DNA of 63,932 nucleotides, the filler included, from Corallochytrium limacisporum Hawaii (Eukaryota; Protista; Pluriformea), in assembly GCA_002811645.1 (NCBI GenBank). It is 5 parts of 5 records of this genome, joined end to end, with 100 filler letters (N's around TTAATTAATTAA, not from the genome) between each part and the next. Parts side by side here need not be neighbours in the genome. Positions count along the whole stretch, not along the records: positions 44,865 to 59,693 come from PDIP01000275.1; positions 59,794 to 62,391 come from PDIP01000011.1; positions 62,492 to 63,932 come from PDIP01000224.1; 2 more parts are not named here. One strand, 5' to 3'. Below, one piece after another: positions 53,773-63,932 of this stretch (position 1 is its first letter; every line of letters starts with the position of its first letter). The notes under the pieces are model-generated. The model saw only the letters and a list, made by a program, of their open reading frames with translations, was not told where the DNA came from and made no database searches. Position numbers and translations under genes: made by a program.

Positions 53773-55600
53773 GAAGGTCTTTTAGTACCACGTACCAACG
53801 TTCTCCCGCCCGGAGACCTCCACTGCCAAAAAGAAAAGAGGAAAAATTTTTCCCCTTCGTAGTTTCACTGCCTTCTACTCTCGCCTTCCCCGCTCCCTCC
53901 CTCTCTCTCTCTCTCTGTCTAGAGCGCCTTCTGTATGTATACAGTACGGAGTTTTTCCCCTATTGACCAAGAAAAAAGAAGAGGAGGAGAAGGAGGAAAA
54001 CTGAAAGGAAGTCTGGAATGTGCCCCGTTTCCCCGGGGGAGGGGTTCCCCTGCCCTGCCCTGCCCAAGGCAAAAGGGAAAAAAGGCCCCGGGAGACCGTA
54101 GATTTTCTTGGTTCCTGGGCGGACGAGGAGCATTTTGTTTTGGATTTTTTATTTTTCTGGGAGGGGAGGTTCTTGAAAACCTTTAGCAAAGGAAACAGAA
54201 CACACGGCCAAGAGGAAAAAGGGGGGAAGAGGGGGGACGGCCTTAACCAAAGAGAAAGAAATAAAAAAAGCGAGAGAACACGGGAGAATAGAATCATTCG
54301 TTCGTTCGTTTTTGATACTTTTCGTTGCTCCCTCCCGACCATTTCAGGTCATTCGGGCCCATGGACAGAAAGAGAATAAAAAACAACAAAACCAGCAGAA
54401 AATATAAAGGAAGAACAAAAAGCAAGACTCAAAACGGCAAGATTTTTCCCCCTTTTCTTTCCTTTTTGTTTGGGCGAGAAAATGCGGGTCCCTTGAGCCC
54501 GACAGGCCCCCTCTCGCACTCTCTCTCTCTCCAAAGGCCAGCCGGCCAAGCCAAAATTAAAGAAAGAAAGAAAGAAAGAAACTCCTCCCCCCCCCACACA
54601 CACAGCCCTGGTGCCCGGGGTTAGTCTCGTCCATTCCGAAAAGGCCGGGCCATTCACCGGTGTCGTAGCGGTAACGTAATCGTTGGGTGTTTGTGCGCAA
54701 ACAAGGGAAGTTCCATGGGTTTACGGCTATCAACTGAAGCAAGGCGAGACCACGGTAAGAGCGAAGCCCGTGCAGTTTCATCATCATCATCGGCTCGCTC
54801 CATCTCTTTCTATTATTTTTTTACCCATTTTTTTTGCTCTTTTGCTTCGTCACTCGTCGGGTTCCTTCGTAAATTGCGGACACACGCACCGGACACCCAG
54901 CGCCTGGAGGGGCCGGGGCCAGGGCAGGCCCCGGTGGGGAGGGGGGGGGGCTATGATGTGTATTTTCTTATGGTTTTCTTGGTTCTGTGTTGTTTGGGTT
55001 ATGGTGGATGTACGTCACACTGGCACAAGGCGGGTCCCGGGTCCACCACCAGCACCAGCAGGAAAGGGTTGCCCGTAGTAGCACGGGGCTCCCAAGCCTC
55101 CCTCCCTCCCTCTCCCTCTCCCTCTCCCCCTCTAAACTGCAAAGAAAAGGAGGGGAGGGGAAAAATTCAAAATAGGCCCCCGATTCTTCTCGAACCGGGT
55201 GTTTTTTTTGGTTGCTTTTTTGCGCTCTCTCTCGTCCGAAGGAAGACGAAGCAAAAATTGCTCTTGGTTGGGGTTGGGGGGGGGGGAGAAGACCTGTAAT
55301 TCAGACGGGTAGGTTTGTTGGGTGCGAGTCCGGGACTCTGGGAGAGCGCGGCCCCGGAGGAAATATAAAGGGAAGAGGGGGGGACGGATTGTGAGGGTCT
55401 TTTTATAACAAAGGTGGGGTGGCGGTTGGTCCTGGAAGGGGGCCTATTTATTTCTCCAAAATGTCTAGCTATATCGTGAGAGGCGGGAGGGGGTGTTGAA
55501 ATCGCGGTGTGTAGTGGCGCTGGCGCTGTGGGACGTGGCCGTAGAAATATTGATCTGCTGGGCCGTGCCCTCCGTGCACAGAGAACGAGGCAGGGACTGT

Positions 55601-56110
55601 TCACTTCTCGGGAAGGCCGCAACCCGCGTCGTAGTCCTCCGGCTTGCAGAAGGCGATGTTGACGTGACCGACGTCATTCACCGTAGAGGGGATGAACTTA
55701 CTATATCTGTAGGCCATTTCATAGGCGACATGCTTGGATTGGACAATCATCGTGCAGGTCTCGGCACCTTCTTCTTGCACGAACTGTACTCCAAAGAAGG
55801 AAGAAAATTCTTCATCGTTAGGGTTGTGGGCAATGATCAGGATCTCCTCCTCCGTATGGCATTCTTCGACGCGACAGAGTTTGACGGAGCTGTCACTCTC
55901 GACGATTACTTTCTTCTCGTCGTCAAAGGTGCCGTCCTCAAAGTATCCCCTTACTTTCTCTGAGTACAGAGTGAAGGTCATCGGCTTACCGAAGATGTTG
56001 CCGAGCTGAATGTAGCCAGTGTTGCAGTCACTTGAACTCTGCGCTGGAATAGCACTGGCAGTGGTGGCGACCAGGGCAACAGTAACAATGTTGGCAATGT
56101 TGAACGTCAT
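55601..56110 (-). CDS. Secreted beta-rich protein (169 aa), paralogue of 60061-60609
   Basis: Signal peptide MTFNIANIVTVALVATTASA, 6 Cys, upstream TATA-like element at 56224-56233. Confidence 0.8.
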   Translation of the reverse strand: MTFNIANIVTVALVATTASAIPAQSSSDCNTGYIQLGNIFGKPMTFTLYSEKVRGYFEDGTFDDEKKVIVESDSSVKLCRVEECHTEEEILIIAHNPNDEEFSSFFGVQFVQEEGAETCTMIVQSKHVAYEMAYRYSKFIPSTVNDVGHVNIAFCKPEDYDAGCGLPEK

Positions 56111-57535
56111 GCTTGCAAATACGCTTGGCGGAATGTGTAGAACGGGGAATCCTTTTTAGAGTGGATGTTTCCTTCTGTACTGCCCGCAGATCAAGATCAT
56201 AACTGATGTATCAGACCTGGAGTGCTTAAATACCTGACAATGTGTCACCGTATCAGTCTCCACGTGCCGATTGGTTACGATGCACCCATCAATTGTGACC
56301 TCTACCCCCCCCCGCGGGGGCCTCCTCTCCCGAAACCACCCGCCATGTGGACGTGCTCATCATCGCGCCTCTTAGGTATTCCATTCTCAAACGACAAGGG
56401 AGACACTTCGACCACAGCGGGCCGAACGCACTGTTTTGCAAGCCCATGGTTTTAGGCTTGTACATCAGCAACCATGGATCACAGTACTTGTGGATATATC
56501 TGGCTTACTTCCCGCGGCGCAACATGGTGCCAAGAATGTCATACTGTGCCGATGTACTATGAACACAACATTCTATAGAGCATGATATTCCCGCATACTG
56601 GATCCCTCTCACTGTGGTTGATGTTTAGTTCTGTAGGTTCGCGTGCCTATCGACGATCGGCTGGCCTCCAGCACGTATATCTCTCCCAGCCCCGAGAATG
56701 AAAGACCACATCGGGTCCCGCACCACATCTCCGCGTTTTCGATCTTCTACACTATTGGCTCTGGTAATATTTCTCCCTCCGCAGTGAGGATCGACCGGAA
56801 GTTTTAGCCTTCAGCGGTGAGATAGATGAGGCATTTTGTGCTTGAAGTAGAATAGACCAGTCCAGACTATTGTCCTATTGGAGTAAAATGGTCCTAGCCC
56901 ATCGGCATCTCCCTTCCTGCGTCTCGATCTCATTCTAAGATTGTCCAGGAGGAGAGTGCCATTTGAAACATTCCCAAACATGGGAATTTGGATGACGTCT
57001 TGTTTCATAATCTCTGGACATTGCGGACCCGTTGTCATTGTACTTTACCCTCTCAATGCTCGAAACCAATATCAAGTCCGAATGCTGACGGCGAATAACA
57101 AGAAGCATGGCAGATCGGGGTATCAGATAGGGGATCCCTCCAGGTAGGATTGGTTTCGAGATCTATTACGTTGTATACGAGACAAGTATTTGGTACCAAT
57201 TGGTAGCTGTGATCTCTTACGGGATTACGTGTCATTGGGAATGTCTAGTCGGCCCCAGGTAGTAACAAACCCACTGCAGAGTTCCAATGCGTGACCGATA
57301 AAGCACGCGTGTCCTTCCACACGGCTGTGTCGTGCGTGCCGGACTGCCAGAATGGTACCCTACTCCAATCCGCCATCCAATGTAGTGCAGCTTGGCAGCG
57401 TTCCCGATACTATCTCATTCTTGCCATCGTGTTGCGATGCGTGCGACTGAAAGCAAACACCTCACGGGCACACCACAGTTCCTGCTACGTATCAAAAAGG
57501 GGGCACCCCCGGATTTGCACCGTGCCCAGGCCAGA

Positions 57536-57724
57536 GAGCACACCATCACAACAAAACCCATTAAGCGATATTGCAGCTTGCCCACAGACCGGGGAGCACA
57601 CCATCACAAACAAAACCCATTAGGCAATACCACTGCAGCTCCTTTGCCCCAGACCAGAAAAGCAAAAGAAAAACAAAAAAAACACCATCACAAACAAAAC
57701 CCATTAGGCAATACCACTGCAGCT
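57536..57724. repeat. Three copies of a ~43-bp direct repeat with unique spacers
   Basis: acaccatcacaaacaaaacccattaggcaataccactgcagct identical at about 57598 and 57682; diverged copy at about 57540. Confidence 0.9.
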
Positions 57725-58092
57725 GTCCCCCCCCTCCCAGATTCAAACTTCACCGCAAACACGTAATACAAGAGACACCCGTCCCCCCTCCCCCCCGTCC
57801 CGTCCGGTCCGGTACGCAAAAAGCAAAAAGCAAAAAAAAAAAAAAAAAGGGGGGAACGGGCGGGTTTTTCAGCGAGTGGAACCACCCAAGCAAAAATTGT
57901 CGCCCGAGATTGTTGTCAAAATAGAAACCCGAGTTATTCGGCCGATGCTGGCACCTGCATCGCCCTGCCCCCGCACACCGTCCCGCACCAAAAAAAGAAA
58001 TAGAGCCGCGAACCAAACAAACAAAAAAGAAAAAAAAAAAAAGAAAGGAAATGAAATGAAAAAGAAAAGTGACAAAAAAAGAGGAAAGAGAA

Positions 58093-58211
58093 AACCACCA
58101 ACATCAGGAATTCCCATCTGGTCTCCCACGATGGTACTAACCTGACCCGACGTTGCTTATCTTCAGGGATCGGACGGGACCTGGAGCGTTCAACGTGGTT
58201 TGATCGGTGAT
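58093..58211 (-). rRNA. 5S ribosomal RNA, single dispersed copy
   Basis: Minus strand reads ATCACCGATCAAACCACGTTGAACGCTCCAGGTCCCGTCCGATCCCTGAAGATAAGCAACGTCGGGTCAGGTTAGTACCATCGTGGGAGACCAGATGGGAATTCCTGATGTTGGTGGT followed by T-run; conserved CCGATC, AAG.TAAGC, GTTAGTAC, TGGGAGACC and paired ends. Confidence 0.93.
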
Positions 58212-58527
58212 GGGGAGGTGGGTGAAAAAATAGTTTGATATAGTATATTATCAAAGTGTATTTTTTGTCGAAACCCCGCGGGTGGCCCCGTGGGGGGGGG
58301 GCCACGCGCCGGGGTTGGTCTGGTTCTGACGTGCCAAAAAAAAAAAAACAAAAACACAACACCCCCAAAAGAAAAAGAGGAAAAAAAATTGGGGAGGGCC
58401 GCGCATCCAGTTTGAGACCGAACGATGGGGGGCCCGCGGACTACAGCGCGGGGGACCGACAGCGGAGGGTTTGGGGCGGGTCAGGACCAAGGAGAGGGCA
58501 AAGTCATGTCATGCCCAGAAGCACCCT

Positions 58528-58974
58528 TCACTGCACAATGGCGACATCGGGGCCGGCAGGGCCGGCAACTCCGGCACCGACGCCTCCGCGGCCACCAACG
58601 CCATCAGGTCCAGGGGCAACAGGGGCGCCAAGGCCGCCACCGACGCCTCCGCGGACACCAACGCCATCATCCTTCACGCTGGCCTGGCTGACCGTGCGGC
58701 GTAGACGCCCGCCAGGGGCGAGGACACCAGCGCCGCCATCGGTGACTCCGGGAACTCCGGCACCACCTTCCGCGCCAACAGGCTGGTCAACACTAGGTCC
58801 AGGGGCAACAGGGGCGCCATAGCCGCCACCGACGCCGCCGCGGACACCAACGCCATCATCCTTTACGCCAAGACCGGTATCTAGAGCAGGAGGAGCTTCG
58901 GGGCCAACGGGTGCTGCGAAGACAGAGGTGCCGAGAAGGCCAACTGTGGCAATGGTAGCGATACTGAGTTTCAT
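58528..58974 (-). CDS. Secreted Gly/Pro/Val-rich repeat protein (148 aa)
   Basis: Signal peptide MKLSIATIATVGLLGTSVFA; VKDDGVGVRGGVGGG(Y/L)GAPVAPGP x2 plus a partial third copy; RLRR site; TATA-like element at 59096-59105. Confidence 0.85.
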   Translation of the reverse strand: MKLSIATIATVGLLGTSVFAAPVGPEAPPALDTGLGVKDDGVGVRGGVGGGYGAPVAPGPSVDQPVGAEGGAGVPGVTDGGAGVLAPGGRLRRTVSQASVKDDGVGVRGGVGGGLGAPVAPGPDGVGGRGGVGAGVAGPAGPDVAIVQ

Positions 58975-59693
58975 GGTGGTAAGCTTTGAATTGGTTCTAT
59001 ATAGTAGTCTGGCAAGAATGTGTTTGTCAAGACTACAGTGCTATGTTCACTGCTGATCAAGGATCTGGACCGCTTTTTCGATGAGATCCTGAATGCTTTA
59101 AGTACCCTTCCCGCACAGTAGTCAGTTTCGTGGTCTGTTGTTTCGACCATTCATTACTGGTCTCCCCATGCGAATCTCTACATTCCCAAAAGGATATATT
59201 TCCCACAAGACCCACACCGGGCATTTCAAGTTCAATGCTATCAAGACATGAAAATGTAACCTATGAGCTAAACATATCTTGGTCGATACAGATGGTGATG
59301 CAGATTGACTGTTCGGGTCTCATATCTCCCCGCATTTGCGCAAGATCTTTCTGCCTAACCAACTTCTCCAGCAAGTTGTCTACATGTCCCGTGGCCTTGC
59401 GGTCGCTTCTCCGAAATGCATTAAAGGCGGCACCTAGGAGGCAAGCAGTCCTGCCCGACGACAGAGTACGGTCGTACATTGTGTAACCGCGCAGTAGTCC
59501 CCAGCAGTGTACCATCGTTTGTGCTGTCCCACCCGTCCGTTTCTTTCAGGCTGTGTTACATCAACAGCGACCGCATCGAGCTGGCTTCTGCGTTCGGCGC
59601 CAGCTGATCCCGGTGGGTGTCTGTATATCTGGGGTAGATCGCGTCCGTACATTTCCTATTGGTGATGAGTTCTTGGGTAATCGAAAAGGATCG

Positions 59694-59793
59694 NNNNNNN
59701 NNNNNNNNNNNNNNNNNNNNNNNNNNNNNNNNNNNNNTTAATTAATTAANNNNNNNNNNNNNNNNNNNNNNNNNNNNNNNNNNNNNNNNNNNN
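59694..59793. other. Artificial contig linker
   Basis: N44-TTAATTAATTAA-N44. Confidence 0.97.
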
Positions 59794-59808
59794 TAACCCT
59801 AACCCTAA
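59794..59808 (+). repeat. Telomeric repeat (CCCTAA)n at contig start
   Basis: taaccctaaccctaa immediately after the linker. Confidence 0.8.
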
Positions 59809-60060
59809 GGTCGCATTAATTGGAAAACTGCTGAATCCATTCGATTTTTCTGGACGCCAGTGATTTCTTACATGTTCCTCTTTCTATCCCTGTCCCTACA
59901 TCACGCATCCACACTCGTGTTGCCGTAAGAGTCTTTGTTATCTTCTTTATTTCATTATCTGGGTTTGTACCTCTTGAAAATACGGTCGGTCAGGGTTGGT
60001 TTCCTATACGACGCATCGCGACGTTGGACCTGGGTAGATGGCAAAACAGGTAGTCCGTAT

Positions 60061-60609
60061 TTAGAGCGTCCACTGAGGGTAGGAATACCAGATTATGTTT
60101 TCGGCCTTAGTATCCGGGCAGCTGGCGCCAAATTTGGTGGTGGTGACCCTGTCCTTAAATTGCTCAGGGGGGCAGACGGAGAGGATGACGCTGTAGCTGT
60201 TGTCGTGTTCGTCATCGAGCATCAACCTGGTCATGGCGGTCGCATAGTTGGCTGGCTGATAAGAGCTCTTGTCAGTGCCTTGGAAGGACGGCATGCAGAT
60301 CCCGTATTTAGTAGACCATTCGAAGTTGACATTAAAGTCGACACCAGAAATATCGATCACATTGACGGCGTTAATGGTCACAGGAAGAGAGGCGATTTTA
60401 TCGCACTCGTCCTCGGTAGCGGCGAGGTAAAGGAATCCACACTTCCCGTCTTCGACAGTGACTTGGTTTCCGTTGTTGAAAACGCCAGATTGGAAGTATT
60501 TGACCGTGTCCTCGGGGACACTGACATGCCAGTCTTCCTTACCAGTCCAGTTGCAGACGCGAACGAAGCTGGTGTTCGGAGTGGAGGAGATAGCGGCGAT
60601 GGGAGACAT
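60061..60609 (-). CDS. Beta-rich protein (182 aa), paralogue of 55601-56110, telomere-proximal
   Basis: Aligns by eye with the 55601 protein; ATG in catcATG; TATA-like GTATTTAAAG at 60704-60713; no clear signal peptide. Confidence 0.75.
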   Translation of the reverse strand: MSPIAAISSTPNTSFVRVCNWTGKEDWHVSVPEDTVKYFQSGVFNNGNQVTVEDGKCGFLYLAATEDECDKIASLPVTINAVNVIDISGVDFNVNFEWSTKYGICMPSFQGTDKSSYQPANYATAMTRLMLDDEHDNSYSVILSVCPPEQFKDRVTTTKFGASCPDTKAENIIWYSYPQWTL

Positions 60610-62391
60610 GATGAATGAATTTTAGGTTCAAAGGCTTTTTTGGTTTGCAAGATTACTTGATTGTTTCGGTAAAGTTACGTTCAGCTCAAGGAAGATCAGG
60701 ATTCTTTAAATACCCGGGAAATTTCGGTTGATCTCCGTGACTCTCATAATTGCGGCAATATACACATGGTACCCGTTGGAAACTGAAAGCGTTTTCCAGG
60801 TTTCTGAGAATTTGGACCTAAGAAGTTGTGTGAATGTGCGGTTGCATCTTTAGTGTAAAATTTCCAATGACTCCAAATAGTGGTGCTAAGTTGAGCTGTG
60901 GAGCCCTTGAATGTGATCCCAGGTGTCCCAGGTGTCTCCAATATCAAGAAACGATGGGACCACTGTATCCGCAAGACCACAGACTTAGAATGCAAAGCCA
61001 TTGAATGCGACTTGTTGCCACAGAGCCTAATGTTTGACGCGGTCGGAGAGGACTCGTCTTGTCCCACCCATGCCCACCCACTCAGTCACCCCAGGGTCTT
61101 GGGTACGGGTGTGCTTCAAACGCTCGCAGGCGATCAAAAATGAAAATGTCTAGACACCGTGTACGCTTTTTTTTGACGTTCCCCACCCTTGCGCAGGAGT
61201 GTCCCACCACCCCTAAGCTGCGCACGCACGAGAACCCTAAATTGATGTCGCTCTCATCCACCTCCCCCCGGGGGGGCCGTGGCGGAGAGCAGTTGAACCC
61301 GTTCCCTGATTTCCTTATATCCACTATTGAGACACGACGTGGCACCACACTTGGGTCTGAACAGATCTCAGCGGTTTCTCAACCACAGTAACACCGTGGT
61401 ACCTCCCTGTGGCGATCGTGAGGGGTTCCAGTTCGTGCGGATTGATGTGGATTCTGTTTTTTTGCAAATAGCAAATGTTTCGTGCCCTACTTTACACATT
61501 TAATACCTTACGCAATTTCGCAAAGGAGCACCGCTGAGGTTACCCGCTTCCGTCTTATCGCTCATCGTTTGCAAAATGTCAAAACCCTTTGGGCAGAGGG
61601 CGCTACCAAGATTATTCTGGAACTCAGTGACGGTTAACATTTACAGATCCCCAGGTGCCGCAAAACCCGCAGGGGTTATGTACCGTAGCGAAAAAAAATA
61701 CTGCAGACTCTGAGAGGTGAGGGTTTTAGACATGTTTGTGGCAAATGAGTGCGGGGTTCGTGTGAGGGTCGATCTGTTCTGGGAATCGCCTCCGGAAATG
61801 TGAGGGTTTATAACTATGACTTGGCGCTTTAAATCTACTATCCCACCTGTGTACACCTTGCAGTCTTAAGATATACGAACAGGTGGGAGGAGACGAGCGG
61901 CCCAAGATATGTCAGTTGGCAAAACATAAAAGGACAAAAGAGATTAAAAAGGGCATCGTCCAGTGGGCAGACAATGCGCACTGGTTTTTCGTACCTTCTT
62001 TGTACCAAGTTGTATCACATTCTTTTTCCATCTACTGCGTTTGGTAACAAGTTGTTGGTAGCCCTCCTGGTATTCGTCTGGGCGTGGTCTGAAACATTGT
62101 TGTTCGCCATCAAAAAGCCATCACTCTGTGAAGACATGGTTCAGATCAGCGAGAGTGTTTTCTCACTCAGTTCAGAACACCCCCCCCAATCCCAATAGCA
62201 CTGACTCTGGGGTGTCGAGGGGTATCGACTGCCAGACTTTCAGTACCATTCGGTTTAAGGAATGGGTTGGCTCAAGTATAGAATAGGGTGAAACCCCATG
62301 CCAACTACACCTAGTGATTCGAAAAGATACACCTCTTTGTAGGGTACCAGGGGTATCAGAATATTCATATTCACTTTGTCCATATCCCTGA

Positions 62392-62491
62392 NNNNNNNNN
62401 NNNNNNNNNNNNNNNNNNNNNNNNNNNNNNNNNNNTTAATTAATTAANNNNNNNNNNNNNNNNNNNNNNNNNNNNNNNNNNNNNNNNNNNN
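62392..62491. other. Artificial contig linker
   Basis: N44-TTAATTAATTAA-N44. Confidence 0.97.
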
Positions 62492-63932
62492 GAGAGAGAG
62501 AGAGAGAGAGAGAAGGACAGAGGGGGGGGGGGGGGAAGAGACACAGAGGGAGAGAAAGACTGGTGTCAAAATCGGTAGCACTACGACTGCCTCCCGCCCG
62601 AGGTCAGAGATTGTGAATTGAGCCCTGTGAGGAAAGCAACGGTTCGTTTGTAATGTTGTGCGCGTGTGCGTGTTCTCAGACAAGGAAAAAAATCAGATAC
62701 AGAAGCTTGAGAACAGCGATCGATCTCTCGTTACCTGTGTAGTGGTGCTGTTCCCTTACTGCTCAATTGAAGCTCCGAGAATGCATTTCGATCTACCGAA
62801 ACCCTCGTTCCCAAGTATAAGAGGACTCGATTGCGTAAAAACTGGGAGCGTGTGCGGACAGTCACCTCGTCGTGTTTCGTGTTTCCTACGGTGACGGTGT
62901 TTGTTGACAACACCAGCGATGCTGACATGGTTGGTGGACATATTGTTGAGCAAAAGATACATTGATAGACTCTTCTTTGTGGGACGGGCTTGTGAGGCCC
63001 CATTGTGTGCCAACCAGGAAAAGGTCGGTGCAGCCTCCGACCCCAGGCACGATGCATCGTAAGCCCCGCCTCTTTCAAGAGTCGGTCGACCGCCGCTCAT
63101 ACCATTGTAAAAGTATCCTCACCTTATCGAATACACGTGCGTGCCTTTGTCACCGAGAACAAAGGAGAACGATCGATTTGAGCATAGCACTATGCGCCGA
63201 CACTGTACATGGTCTGACTCATGTAATCCAAACCAATCATTAGAACAGATGACGCGGTCCAGGCTCTCCTAGACCCACCGCAATACGACTTGAGGAGTAC
63301 GCTGTCTTGGCGCGTAGTCCTACACACCGTGTGTATCGTAGGGTGTTTTGTTGGCAGATTTCGAGACACAGACAGAAGGAGACTGAGGGAGCGCGGGAGA
63401 GAGAAGGCACACTCTGTACCTCCCCGTAGGCCACAAAGCCCACATTTACATGGCATCTTGGCCTGAACATTGATGAATCTTAACTGACGACTTTCTATGC
63501 CGTCACACCGTGGAGCCAGGGAATTGAAGATGCCGGTCATCCAGTCCAGTGCGATCCTTGTCCAACTCAAAATTGTTCTCGCTATCTTTGAACAATGGGC
63601 AACCTTACTTCCTTATGCCATCTACATTTCTTGTCAGGAAACATCTCAGCCATAGTATCTACCATATGAAGATATGCTTCCCTTCCCTGAAGATTCGAAG
63701 AAGATACCTCTATTTGGAAGCGGTAGGGTTTTCCAATCTGCGCCGGTGAACGTGAAAAGCGAGTTAATCCTGGTTCTAGTGCTTATGTACCTGGAGTGGT
63801 GTTGTAGAGGACACTTAAGTATGTTGCTGTCTTGTCGTTGAAAACCGTTTTACAATGAGAGGTTCAGTTTCTAGTACAGAGGTGAACCAGATATGAATAC
63901 GCATTCAGCCTTGAAATTGTGTGTGCATTACT

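Noticed and set aside
52520-55400. Many 100-220 aa ORFs in low-complexity intergenic DNA (also 20.1-21.7, 25.3-26, 37.1-38.7, 43.9-44.6, 47.4-49 kb)
   Set aside because: Products are poly-K/F/G/P translations of homopolymer tracts that happen to lack stops
59935-60618. 227-aa plus-strand ORF, and similar antisense ORFs over real genes
   Set aside because: Antisense shadow of the minus-strand gene, which has an ATG, a paralogue and a promoter motif
63190-63570. WTRIALDWMTG resembling a Ty3/gypsy integrase motif
   Set aside because: Following integrase motifs are absent in the frames I read; no LTR or RT nearby

Overview
Eukaryotic genomic DNA made of five contigs joined by artificial N44-TTAATTAATTAA-N44 linkers (contigs 1-25978, 26079-44764, 44865-59693, 59794-62391, 62492-63932), so adjacency across linkers is not evidence of real linkage. 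Two contigs start with (CCCTAA)n telomere repeats. All recognisable genes are intronless and use TAA, TAG and TGA as stops. ARPC4, a GT43 glucuronyltransferase and an ATP10-like flippase look animal-like, which points to an intron-poor unicellular holozoan such as Corallochytrium (inference). Core genes: ARPC4, a spartin/senescence-domain protein, a P4-ATPase, GT43, a SET-MYND protein, an MCT-type MFS transporter, a PhyH-family dioxygenase, a type II methyltransferase-like protein and one dispersed 5S rRNA gene. The subtelomeric and accessory fraction is the most interesting. It holds an ETX/MTX2 (aerolysin-fold) pore-forming-toxin-like secreted protein, a Notum/pectin-acetylesterase ectodomain fused in frame to an ABCG half-transporter but split by a single TAA, an unrecognised two-member family of small beta-rich proteins, a resilin/elastin-like secreted protein and gene relics. 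Also present: a GAIN-less adhesion-GPCR-like 7TM receptor with a long Cys-rich repeat ectodomain and a thrombospondin type-3 motif, a shared TATA-like element upstream of eight genes, a cluster of an 18-21 bp motif, and candidate small structured ncRNAs. No database searches were run; all family calls come from motif recognition by eye.
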